Shown here: positions 37,540-46,415 of the stretch, piece by piece | Position numbering within the stretch: the first letter of the stretch is position 1 | Layout of the letters: each line of letters begins with the position of its first letter | Assembly: GCA_046047575.1 (NCBI GenBank) | Contig: JBJOHR010000094.1 | Coordinates: forward strand, 1-47,980 | Origin: Bacteroidota bacterium | GTDB taxonomy: Bacteria; Bacteroidota; Bacteroidia; UBA10329 | Reading direction: 5' to 3' | Length of the DNA stretch: 47,980 nucleotides | Translations under genes and position numbers: made by a program | Notes under the pieces: model-generated | Told to the model about the DNA's origin: nothing | What the model saw: the letters and a program-made list of their open reading frames with translations, nothing else | Database searches by the model: none

Positions 37540-39371
37540 GGCACCACTTGTTTGGTCGGGTCGATGAGATTGGCCTCCAGAACGGGCTTTTCCAGGGCAG
37601 GCCGCGTAATGGTGTCGGTGAGGTATTTTTCTACCATGAGACTGGCAATGGGTGCGGCATACTTGCTACCGCCACCTCCATTCTCCACAAACACCGCCAA
37701 GGCGATCTGTGGGTTGTCCTTAGGTGCAAAACAGATGAAGATGGAGTGATCTTCGCCATGCGGATTCTGGGCCGTGCCCGTTTTACCGCACATGACAATG
37801 CTATCGAGTCTGGATCGGTAACCGGTACCACCCTGCTGAAAAACCATGGCCATACCATCGATCACCGGTTCGAAATACTTGGGGTCGATGGTGGTAAACT
37901 GCTTTTCGGTGAAGCGGTTCTTTATCGGTTGGTCGTCTATGGCAGTAACCAAATGCGGTGGGTAGTAATATCCGCGATTGGCAATGGCAGCGGTCATGTT
38001 GGCAAGTTGTAAGGGGGTGGTGCCCAATTCGCCCTGCCCAATGGCCAAAGAAATGATGGTCAAAGATTTCCAATGGTTCTTGCCGTAATACTTATCGTAG
38101 AATTCGTTGGAAGGAACAATACCCGCGTATTCCATTGGCAGGTCGGTATTGAACTTGGTGCCAAGGCCGAAACTCATTACATGCTTGCGCCAAATGGCAT
38201 AGCCTTCCCAAGGTTTTCCAGTATGGTCTATGATGGTCCTGAACACATTCCCGTAATACGCATTGCAGGAATGCTGAATGGATTCGCGAAGATCGAGTGG
38301 AGATCGGTGGGCGTGGCAACCCATTCTGAAGCGACCTGAAACGTAGCCTCCCTGACATCTATAGGTGGTATTTTCGAACAGAACTCCCACCTGCTGCCCA
38401 ATAAGCGCATTGATGAGTTTGAAGGTGGATCCGGGAGGGTTCTGCTCGCTCTGTAATGCTCTGTTGAAGAGGGGTTTCAGCGTATCGTTCTGTAGAAGCA
38501 CGTAGTTGTCGGACCGAACACGACCTACCAGCAGATTGGGATCGAAGGTTGGGGCGCTGATCAGTGCAAGAATTTCTCCGGTGGATGGTTCCAAGGCAAC
38601 GATACCGCCCGTTTTGTTCTGCATGAGCCTTTCTCCGTAGGCCTGCAATTCCGCATCAATGCTGGCCTTGAGGTTCTTTCCGGCCACGGCCAAGGTGTCG
38701 TACTTACCGTCCTTGTAGCTTCCTTTTGGCCGATTGAAGACATCGACCATGATCACTTTGACCCCTTTTTGTCCGCGTAATTCTACTTCGTACGATTTCT
38801 CCAGTCCGCTTATTCCCACATAGTCGCCACGCTTATAATAGGGGTCTTGATCCAACTTGCCCTGACCCACTTCTCCAACATAACCGAGCAAATGCGCTGC
38901 AATGGGTTCCGGATATTTGCGCAGGGTTCTCTTCTGCACGAAAAAGCCTCCGAAACGGTAGAGTTTTTCTTGCAATTCCGCGTAGGTTACGGTCGATATC
39001 TGCTTTTCAAAAATGCTAGGCTTGTGCTTGGAATGGCTTTTGGCCTTGTCCATTTTGGCATTGAACTCTTCCTTGCTTATTCCTAAAAGGCGGCATAGTT
39101 CGGTTGTGTCGATGCTGGTTGCCTGTCTAGGAATGACCATCAGATCGTAGGCCGCTTCGTTGTATACCAGCAGCCTTCCGTCTCGGTCGTAAATTCTTCC
39201 GCGGGCCGGATATTCGGTCTCGTACCTCAACACATTGTTCTCGGCCGAAAGTTGGTAGGACTTATCAATTACCTGAATGTAGAAGAGCCTGCCCAGAAAG
39301 GTGAGTGAAATGAGCAGAACGATTGCCATCATCACATACATGCGGTCTGTATGTTTGGATTGGAACGCCAT
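37536..39371 (-). CDS. mrdA: Penicillin-binding protein 2
   Basis: PARGRIYDRDG, SxxK (PGSTFK), SxN (SCN) and KTG (GKTGTAQ). Lies between mreD and rodA. Confidence 0.96.
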   Translation of the reverse strand: MAFQSKHTDRMYVMMAIVLLISLTFLGRLFYIQVIDKSYQLSAENNVLRYETEYPARGRIYDRDGRLLVYNEAAYDLMVIPRQATSIDTTELCRLLGISKEEFNAKMDKAKSHSKHKPSIFEKQISTVTYAELQEKLYRFGGFFVQKRTLRKYPEPIAAHLLGYVGEVGQGKLDQDPYYKRGDYVGISGLEKSYEVELRGQKGVKVIMVDVFNRPKGSYKDGKYDTLAVAGKNLKASIDAELQAYGERLMQNKTGGIVALEPSTGEILALISAPTFDPNLLVGRVRSDNYVLLQNDTLKPLFNRALQSEQNPPGSTFKLINALIGQQVGVLFENTTYRCQGGYVSGRFRMGCHAHRSPLDLRESIQHSCNAYYGNVFRTIIDHTGKPWEGYAIWRKHVMSFGLGTKFNTDLPMEYAGIVPSNEFYDKYYGKNHWKSLTIISLAIGQGELGTTPLQLANMTAAIANRGYYYPPHLVTAIDDQPIKNRFTEKQFTTIDPKYFEPVIDGMAMVFQQGGTGYRSRLDSIVMCGKTGTAQNPHGEDHSIFICFAPKDNPQIALAVFVENGGGGSKYAAPIASLMVEKYLTDTITRPALEKPVLEANLIDPTKQVVP

Positions 39372-39886
39372 TATCTGCGTTTGACGTTCACGAACATGTA
39401 TTCAATGAATACGATGATGACCATGGTAAGAGCTGTGCTCAGCACGGCCTTGAGAAGTGTATGAAAGAAGTCGGAAAAACGGAAGGCCTCTAAAAAGAAC
39501 AATGCCGTATGGTGCATGGTGACCAACAATATGGCGTATGGGAGGTACCATGCCATACCGAAGTGTTTTATATGTGGCATGGCAGAGACCTCGTAGCCTT
39601 CGCGAGGCGACTGTGCTTTTAGGTACAATGGCCTATAGAATGCCATGAGTGTACTGGCAGCAGCATGGATTCCTCCGGTATTGGAGAAAACGTCTACCAT
39701 CAACCCGATAAGAAACCCGAGAAACAGCAAAGGAACGCGGCCGGTTGATATGGGCAGCATGAGAATAAAATAGATGTATGGGAACGGATTGATATAGCCT
39801 CCCAAATTCAAGTTATTGAAAATGAGTACCTGCAAGAGGCAAAGAAGCACGAACTGCCACAGGTATTTCAACCAATCAGTTACCAT
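39371..39886 (-). CDS. mreD: Rod shape-determining protein MreD
   Basis: Hydrophobic 171-aa protein with GLMVDVFSNTGGIHAAA, located in the mre operon. Confidence 0.9.
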   Translation of the reverse strand: MVTDWLKYLWQFVLLCLLQVLIFNNLNLGGYINPFPYIYFILMLPISTGRVPLLFLGFLIGLMVDVFSNTGGIHAAASTLMAFYRPLYLKAQSPREGYEVSAMPHIKHFGMAWYLPYAILLVTMHHTALFFLEAFRFSDFFHTLLKAVLSTALTMVIIVFIEYMFVNVKRR

Positions 39887-40712
39887 CAGACTCTACTTGG
39901 ATTTCCAATTCCTTCTGTTCGGATCCCATCAGGTTATTGACCACATAGACCACACTCACCGCGTTCATGTCCGTTAGCAGGTCAACTTCAATGGTGTGAA
40001 AATTGTCGCCCTCTTTTACCTTGAAGGATCGAACGGTACCAATACTGATCCCAGCAGGGAACATGGCCGAATAACCTGATGTCTGCACCAACATGCCTTC
40101 AGCCAGTTCCACGTGATTTGGAATGTCCATCAGTTGGGCCACGCTAGGGTCTTGGCCGTCCCAGATGAGCGACCCTATGTAACCTGATTCTGCAAGCTTG
40201 GCGCTGATGCTTGAGTTCTTATGCAATACCGATATCACTGTTGCATAATTCTTCGATACGTCCTTCACAATTCCAACGATTCCTTCGGAAGAGATGACTG
40301 CCATTTCCGGTTGAACTCCCTGAAGAAGACCGCGATCGATGGTCAGATAATTACTTCGCCTGTCGGTAGAGTTGTTCACCACCTTGGCAGGCACGTAAGT
40401 ATAATGTTGTATTGCCGAAGAATCGCGTTTCTCAAAGCCGGTGTTTGCAACAATATACTTGGACTCGTTGAGCATGGAGCGAAGAACAGCGTTTTCCAGA
40501 GCCAACTCATCGTTGATGGATTTCAACTTGAAATACTCCGTTATGCCATTATTGAGTTCGTAGATACGACCTGCCAGCTGATTGCTGGAGTTGAGCATAC
40601 TCCCACGATGAAAATTATTGTTCCGTACAATGAGCCAAAAACAGACCAGTTCAAGCAAAAGGAAAACGAAGAACACATGATTCCTGTAAATAAAAAGCAG
40701 GATGTTCTTCAT
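39876..40712 (-). CDS. mreC: Rod shape-determining protein MreC
   Basis: TM helix plus coiled coil (NDELALEN), TIDRG...GV, GIVGIV and TSGYS..FPAGI.IG. Confidence 0.93.
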   Translation of the reverse strand: MKNILLFIYRNHVFFVFLLLELVCFWLIVRNNNFHRGSMLNSSNQLAGRIYELNNGITEYFKLKSINDELALENAVLRSMLNESKYIVANTGFEKRDSSAIQHYTYVPAKVVNNSTDRRSNYLTIDRGLLQGVQPEMAVISSEGIVGIVKDVSKNYATVISVLHKNSSISAKLAESGYIGSLIWDGQDPSVAQLMDIPNHVELAEGMLVQTSGYSAMFPAGISIGTVRSFKVKEGDNFHTIEVDLLTDMNAVSVVYVVNNLMGSEQKELEIQVESDGN

Positions 40713-40734
40713 GTTCCGTCCGTGTTGAAGCCGA

Positions 40735-41760
40735 TCATCTCATTAGGAATGGGAATCGGTCGATGTTCTTCAAAGCGATACCTGTTCCTCTTGCAACTGC
40801 CCTCAATGGATCGTCTGCAATATGCACCGGCAGCTTGGTTTTCTGAGAAATTCGCTTGTCCAGACCGCGGAGCATGGAACCACCACCGGCCAAGTAAAGG
40901 CCGGTCCGGTAAATGTCTGCAGAAAGCTCCGGTGGCGTCATCTCCAAGTTGTTCAGGATGGCCGTCTCGATCTTGGTGATGGACTTATCGAGTGCATGGG
41001 CAACTTCCTGATAGGAGACGGTTATCTCTTTCGGTATCCCTGTCATAAGGTCGCGACCATGAACAGCATAATCCGGTGGTGGATTTTCCAGTTCGGTCAG
41101 TGCCGAACCAACTTCGATCTTGATCCTTTCGGCAGAACGTTCTCCAATGAGAATGTTGTGCTGTCTGCGCATGTAGTCTTCGATATCGGCCGTAAAGTCA
41201 TCTCCGGCCACACGGATGGACCGGTCGCATACGATCCCACCCAAAGCGATGACCGCAATCTCCGATGTTCCACCACCGATATCAATGATCATGTTGCCCA
41301 TGGGTTCTTCCACATCAATACCGATACCGATAGCAGCAGCCATCGGCTCTTGAATGAGGCGAACGTCTTTGGCACCGGCATGTTCGGCCGAGTCGCGAAC
41401 CGCGCGTTTCTCAACTTCGGTTATACCCGAAGGAATGCAGATCACCATTCTGATCTGCGGTGGAAGGAAGTATCTTCTTCCCGGATTTATCATCTGGATG
41501 AATCCTTTGATCATCTGCTCGGCAGCCTCGAAATCGGCAATCACACCATCCTTCAATGGCCTGATGGTCTCAATGTTCTTGTGTGTCTTACCGTGCATCT
41601 GCTGGGCCTTTTTGCCAATAGCAACGATCTTGCCCGTTTGAATGTCCTTGGCAACGATGGATGGTTCATCGACCACCACTTTGTCGTTATAGATGATTAG
41701 CGTATTGGCCGTTCCAAGGTCAATCGCAATTTCTTGTCTGAAGTAATCGAACAGCCCCAT
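40735..41760 (-). CDS. mreB: Actin-like rod shape-determining protein MreB
   Basis: IAIDLGTANT, RPLKDGVIADF, ITEVEKRAV, EPMAAAIG, DIGGGTSE and LAGGGSMLRGLD motifs. Confidence 0.98.
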   Translation of the reverse strand: MGLFDYFRQEIAIDLGTANTLIIYNDKVVVDEPSIVAKDIQTGKIVAIGKKAQQMHGKTHKNIETIRPLKDGVIADFEAAEQMIKGFIQMINPGRRYFLPPQIRMVICIPSGITEVEKRAVRDSAEHAGAKDVRLIQEPMAAAIGIGIDVEEPMGNMIIDIGGGTSEIAVIALGGIVCDRSIRVAGDDFTADIEDYMRRQHNILIGERSAERIKIEVGSALTELENPPPDYAVHGRDLMTGIPKEITVSYQEVAHALDKSITKIETAILNNLEMTPPELSADIYRTGLYLAGGGSMLRGLDKRISQKTKLPVHIADDPLRAVARGTGIALKNIDRFPFLMR

Positions 41761-41764
41761 TCGT

Positions 41765-43282
41765 TTAATGTTTAAAGTGCCTTACGCCAGTTACTACCAT
41801 GGCCATTCCGTTATTGTTGCAGTAATCGATGGACTCTTGGTCCTTAATTGACCCTCCGGGTTGTACCACCGTGTCAATGCCTTCCTTATGTGCTATTTCA
41901 ACACAATCCGGAAATGGGAAAAACGCATCTGATGCCATAACTGCTCCGTTCAGGTCGAAGTTAAAAGACTTTGCCTTAGTTATTGCAAAGCGCAGTGCAT
42001 CAACTCTTGAGGTCATGCCACATCCGCTTGCCAAAAGCTGCTTGTTCTTGGCAAGAACAATTGTGTTTGATTTAGTATGCTTCACCAATTTGTTGGCGAA
42101 CACGAGGTCTTGGTATTGAGCGTCTGTGGGCTTCTGGTCGGTGACCGGATCCATGTCTGAAGCTTGTTGGGTGCTGAGATCCTTATCCTGTTCCAACACA
42201 CCGTTCAGCAAAGAACGGAATTGGCGATCGGGGAACTTGCAAGGTTTCTGCACCAAAATGACGCGGTTCTTTTTCTGCTGTAGAATTTCCAGCGCATCTG
42301 AACTGTATGAAGGTGCAATGACCACTTCGAAGAAGAGCTTGTTCATTTCTTCAGCGGTCTGAGCGTCCACTTCTACATTAGTGATCAGTATACCACCGAA
42401 TGCCGAAACCGGATCTCCGGCCAAGGCTGCATTCCACGCATCTACCAATTTTGGTCTGCTGGCCAAGCCGCATGCGTTGTTGTGTTTGAGGATGGCGAAG
42501 GTGGTCTCATCGAAATCGGAGATGAGCGCAACAGCAGCGTCAATATCCAATAGGTTGTTGTAGCTCAGTTCTTTTCCGTGAAGTTGATCGAAAAGAGCGG
42601 AAAGGTCGCCATGAAAGAAGCCCTCCTGATGTGGATTCTCTCCGTAGCGCAGCACCTTGGTCCCCGACTCCTTGTGGGCAAATCCTTCTCCTGCAAAATA
42701 GCGGTGAATGGCCGTATCGTAATGAGATGACACCGCAAATGCCGCGGTAGCAAACTGTTTGCGCTGATCCAAGGTGGTAGAGGCATCTTCCCGTAGCAAG
42801 TTTGCCAAGGCGGAATACTGATCCTTGGATGGAACGATCACCACATCTTTAAAATTCTTAGCTGCGGCACGTATCAACGAAATTCCACCTATGTCGATCT
42901 TCTCAATAATGGCCTGTTCGGAAGCATCGCTGGCAACTGTATCTTCAAACGGATAAAGATCAACAATGACCAGATCGATCTCTGGTATCTCAAACTCGGC
43001 CAATTGCGCCAGATCACCTTCATCCTCTCTCCTGCCCAGTATGCCACCGAAAACTTTCGGATGCAGGGTTTTCACTCTTCCTCCAAGTATGGACGGGTAG
43101 GTAGTTAGTTCCTCCACGGGTAGAACTTCAGCTCCAAGTTCCTCCAAATAGGTTTGGGTGCCCCCTGTGGAATACAGGTTCACACCGTACTTGACCAACT
43201 GTGTTACAATAGGCTCCAGCCCCTCCTTATGAAAAACGGAGATAAGAGCGTTCTTAATGGTTTTTCTTGCCACTTTCTTCAA
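41765..43282 (-). CDS. purH: Bifunctional AICAR formyltransferase/IMP cyclohydrolase
   Basis: ALISV, STGGT, GGRVKTLHP, IDIGG, LRYGENPHQ, GKELSYNN, KHNNACG, ASDAFFPF, QPGGS and RHFKH. The start (TTG 43282 or GTG 43273) is uncertain. Confidence 0.97.
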   Translation of the reverse strand: MKKVARKTIKNALISVFHKEGLEPIVTQLVKYGVNLYSTGGTQTYLEELGAEVLPVEELTTYPSILGGRVKTLHPKVFGGILGRREDEGDLAQLAEFEIPEIDLVIVDLYPFEDTVASDASEQAIIEKIDIGGISLIRAAAKNFKDVVIVPSKDQYSALANLLREDASTTLDQRKQFATAAFAVSSHYDTAIHRYFAGEGFAHKESGTKVLRYGENPHQEGFFHGDLSALFDQLHGKELSYNNLLDIDAAVALISDFDETTFAILKHNNACGLASRPKLVDAWNAALAGDPVSAFGGILITNVEVDAQTAEEMNKLFFEVVIAPSYSSDALEILQQKKNRVILVQKPCKFPDRQFRSLLNGVLEQDKDLSTQQASDMDPVTDQKPTDAQYQDLVFANKLVKHTKSNTIVLAKNKQLLASGCGMTSRVDALRFAITKAKSFNFDLNGAVMASDAFFPFPDCVEIAHKEGIDTVVQPGGSIKDQESIDYCNNNGMAMVVTGVRHFKH

Positions 43283-43377
43283 TTACAGAATCAAAAAACA
43301 AAACAGTCGGAAAACGGTTTCCTTAACGACTTAGAAATCCAATAAAATCAAGGGGTTAAGAAGCTTTTCCGAGCCCG

Positions 43378-43417
43378 CCAAAGGTATCCTTTTTGAGGGT
43401 ATTTCGGTTACCTTTGG
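43378..43417. promoter_or_regulatory. Back-to-back -7 elements (TACCTTTG on both strands) for the purH-mre operon and the ABC permease
   Basis: CCAAAGGTA-N22-TACCTTTGG perfect inverted repeat, in which each arm is a TAnnTTTG match. Confidence 0.6.
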
Positions 43418-43459
43418 ATGCTTGTCAAGAATCAATTTGCTTTAAGTTTTCAACAGCGG

Positions 43460-44707
43460 ATGATCATATTCCTCAAACTCTTCAACGAAAGCGTGAAAAT
43501 GGCTTGGAACGCCTTGGTGGCCAACAAGCTTAGGACCATTCTTTCGTTGTTGGGAATCACCATTGGCATCATGGCCATCATCACCGTTTTCACCTTGGTA
43601 GATTCAATGGAGAAGAACATCCGAGACAATATCCAATCGCTTGGAGACAATACCGTTTACATTCAGAAATGGCCCTGGGATTCGGGCGCATTTCAGGAAT
43701 GGTGGAAGTACTGGCAACGACCAGAGGCGGACCTTCATGATTTTAAGGAAGTGCAACGTAGAAGTCGCACGGCAGAAGCCGTGGTTTTTATGGCGGCCAA
43801 GACCAAGGATGTGGAACACGGATCCAACGTTGTGCAGAACGTCAGCGTGGTGGCAGTGACCCACGATTATTACAAGATCAAGGCATTTGATGTTGTTGCT
43901 GGCAGATACTTCACCATGGCCGAGTCGAGCATCGGCAAAAACGTGTGTGTGATCGGTATGGCCGTGGCACAGGGTCTTTTCGGAGACTCGAATCCGGTGG
44001 GCAACACGGTCAAGGTGCTCAACCGGAAACTGACCGTGATCGGTGTGTTCGGTGTAGAAGGTGAGTCTGTGTTCGGGAATTCGGTCGACAATCAGCTACT
44101 GATGCCGATCAATTTTGCACGGCAGGTCATTAAGCTCGATCACCCTGGGTCAAAACCATTGGTAATGGTAAAAGGCAAGCCTGGTATTGAAACAGCTGCA
44201 TTGATGGATGAGCTCCGTGGCATTATGCGCAGTATTCGTAGTCTTAAACCCAAAGCTGACGACAATTTCGCCCTGAATGAGATCAGTCTCCTGTCGAAAT
44301 CTCTCGAAAAGGTGTTCCAAATATTGAACATTGCCGGTACCATTATCGGTGGATTCTCCATCCTTGTAGGCGGCTTCGGCATTGCCAATATCATGTTCGT
44401 TTCGGTAAAGGAACGGACCCACCTCATTGGTATTGAAAAATCGTTAGGCGCCAAGAACTGGTTCATTATGATGGAATTCCTGTCAGAGGCAGTGTTCCTC
44501 AGCCTCATGGGTGGCATTGCCGGCTTGATCATCGTGTACATACTTACTTTTGTCGCATCGTTCGTTTTCGATGTTGCCATCTATCTCACGTTGGGCAACA
44601 TTTTAACAGGTATTGCCATTTCAGTATCCATTGGCCTCATTGCTGGTGTAATTCCGGCATACTTGGCTTCAAGGCTTAGCCCTGTAGAGGCAATTCGAAG
44701 CAATTGA
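43460..44707 (+). CDS. ABC transporter permease (MacB/FtsX family)
   Basis: NKLRTILSLLGITIG, GRYF, GGFGIANIMFVSVKERT..IGI.KSLGA and PAYLASRLSPVEAIR motifs. Confidence 0.92.
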   Translation: MIIFLKLFNESVKMAWNALVANKLRTILSLLGITIGIMAIITVFTLVDSMEKNIRDNIQSLGDNTVYIQKWPWDSGAFQEWWKYWQRPEADLHDFKEVQRRSRTAEAVVFMAAKTKDVEHGSNVVQNVSVVAVTHDYYKIKAFDVVAGRYFTMAESSIGKNVCVIGMAVAQGLFGDSNPVGNTVKVLNRKLTVIGVFGVEGESVFGNSVDNQLLMPINFARQVIKLDHPGSKPLVMVKGKPGIETAALMDELRGIMRSIRSLKPKADDNFALNEISLLSKSLEKVFQILNIAGTIIGGFSILVGGFGIANIMFVSVKERTHLIGIEKSLGAKNWFIMMEFLSEAVFLSLMGGIAGLIIVYILTFVASFVFDVAIYLTLGNILTGIAISVSIGLIAGVIPAYLASRLSPVEAIRSN

Positions 44708-44710
44708 CCT

Positions 44711-44718
44711 TACATTTG
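44711..44718 (+). promoter_or_regulatory. -7 element (TACATTTG) for the methyltransferase
   Basis: Exact TAnnTTTG directly after the permease stop codon. Confidence 0.55.
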
Positions 44719-44734
44719 CGCTGAAGCGACACGT

Positions 44735-45418
44735 ATGGAAGCAAACGGTAAATTTTCTTGGAATCGACCAATAACGTCTTATTCCAAATTTCATCAACTG
44801 TTCAACAAATTCATCACGCCTTGGATTCTGAACAAAGATCTGTTCGTGCCCAAGAAATTGATCCGTGGCAAAGAATACCTCCAAGTAGGGTGCGGATATA
44901 ACATCTATGAGGATTTCATCAATACCGATATTGAGTGGAAACCGAATGTTATTCCTTGGGATATTTCAACCATAAAAAGAGACAACTATCCCATTGCAAG
45001 CAATTCGCTGCAAGGCATTTACACGGAGCATTGTCTGGAACATGTCCCTTTCCAATCAACGAAAGACAACCTGAAGGAGTTCTACCGCATGCTGAAACCG
45101 GGTGGAACGGTTCGTATTGCAGTTCCTGATGGCGAACTTTTCATTGATCTTTACAACAAACATAGGAATGGGGAAAAGGTTAAGATCCCCTGCCCGGATG
45201 ATCGTCCAGAACCAACCCCAATGATCAGCATCAATCGGATCGCCAGAAGTCACGGTCATCTTTTCATGTATGACTTCGAGACCTTCAAACATCTGCTTGA
45301 AGAGGTCGGATTCAAGGACGTGAGGAAAGAGACCTTTCGTCATGGCAGAAATCCGAAGCTTCTGGTAGACAGTAAGCTTCGCGAGGACGAATCACTTTAC
45401 GTAGAAGCCACCAAGTAA
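44735..45418 (+). CDS. Class I SAM-dependent methyltransferase domain protein
   Basis: LQVGCG, INTD, IYTEHCLEHV and EFYRMLKPGG.VRIAVPD motifs. Confidence 0.82.
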   Translation: MEANGKFSWNRPITSYSKFHQLFNKFITPWILNKDLFVPKKLIRGKEYLQVGCGYNIYEDFINTDIEWKPNVIPWDISTIKRDNYPIASNSLQGIYTEHCLEHVPFQSTKDNLKEFYRMLKPGGTVRIAVPDGELFIDLYNKHRNGEKVKIPCPDDRPEPTPMISINRIARSHGHLFMYDFETFKHLLEEVGFKDVRKETFRHGRNPKLLVDSKLREDESLYVEATK

Positions 45419-45485
45419 CCTGGCTCAAACAGTGGAATTGTCAGGCATTCCACCTTGTTGAGTTTCTCTGATACTATCTTGCAGC

Positions 45486-46415
45486 ATGATTGAAATGATG
45501 CGCACACCGGACGAGCGCTTTTACGGCTTACCCGGTTACCCTTACGATCCGAATTACATGGAGATCAATGGTGGTCGTTTTCACTATTTGGATGAGGGCC
45601 AAGGTGAAGTGATCCTCTGTCTGCACGGAGAACCAACTTGGAGCTACCTATACAGGAAGATGATACCCATCCTGAAGAAGGACCATCGGGTGATCGCGCC
45701 AGATTTTTTCGGATTCGGTCGGTCTGATAAGTTCACGAGAGTAAAAGACTACTCTTTTTACATGCATTACCGAACGCTCATCAAGTTCATTGAGCGTGCA
45801 GAGCTGAAAGACATAACGCTGGTGGTTCATGATTGGGGCGGCCTCATCGGGCTGAGTGTTTTAGGAAAGCATCCAGAACTTTTTAAGCGCGTGGTGATCA
45901 TGAATACGTCCCTTCCGCTGGGAAACAGAAGAATGCCAGTTACATTCAGACTTTGGCGGGCATTCTCCAGATTCTGGCCTACATTCCCAGTTCGGAATGT
46001 GATGAAATGGGGAACTTACAAAACCCCGCAGGAGCAGGTATTGTCAGGATATGAGGCTCCTTATCCTGATGAAAAATACAAGGCTGGTGCACGCGCCTGG
46101 CCAAGTCTTGTACCAACAGACCCGAAAGATGACGGAGTTCGTCAGATGAAGCGTGCCCGGGAAGTGCTCAAAAACTGGCAGAAACCAGCATTGGTCATGT
46201 TCTCAGAAAACGACCCCATCACCAAAGGCGCTGACAAATGGTTCAAGGAAAATATTCCAACCGCCAGAATGGAACCGGAGATCATCATTGAGCGGGCCGG
46301 ACATTTCCTACAGGAAGACCAAGGTAAGAAGGTGGCCGACCACATTCTCGACTTCATTCAGCGGTCGCTTGCGCGGGAACGTGCAGAAAACGCTGAACCA
46401 GATCGGGGGCAATAG
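45486..46415 (+). CDS. Haloalkane dehalogenase (alpha/beta hydrolase, HLD-I-like)
   Basis: RTPDERF..LPGY, HYLDEG, HGEPTWSYLYR, nucleophile elbow HDWGG, acid in FSENDP and catalytic His in AGHFLQED. Confidence 0.88.
   Translation: MIEMMRTPDERFYGLPGYPYDPNYMEINGGRFHYLDEGQGEVILCLHGEPTWSYLYRKMIPILKKDHRVIAPDFFGFGRSDKFTRVKDYSFYMHYRTLIKFIERAELKDITLVVHDWGGLIGLSVLGKHPELFKRVVIMNTSLPLGNRRMPVTFRLWRAFSRFWPTFPVRNVMKWGTYKTPQEQVLSGYEAPYPDEKYKAGARAWPSLVPTDPKDDGVRQMKRAREVLKNWQKPALVMFSENDPITKGADKWFKENIPTARMEPEIIIERAGHFLQEDQGKKVADHILDFIQRSLARERAENAEPDRGQ

Noticed and set aside
40221-41700. 252-aa and 292-aa plus-strand ORFs
   Set aside because: They are antisense shadows of mreC and mreB with no protein motifs.
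43283-43377. ZMP/ZTP or purine riboswitch in the purH leader
   Set aside because: The leader is AT-rich and lacks the conserved ZTP elements (GACUGGCG...GGGAG, CGCCUGGGC). Only a weak hairpin is present.
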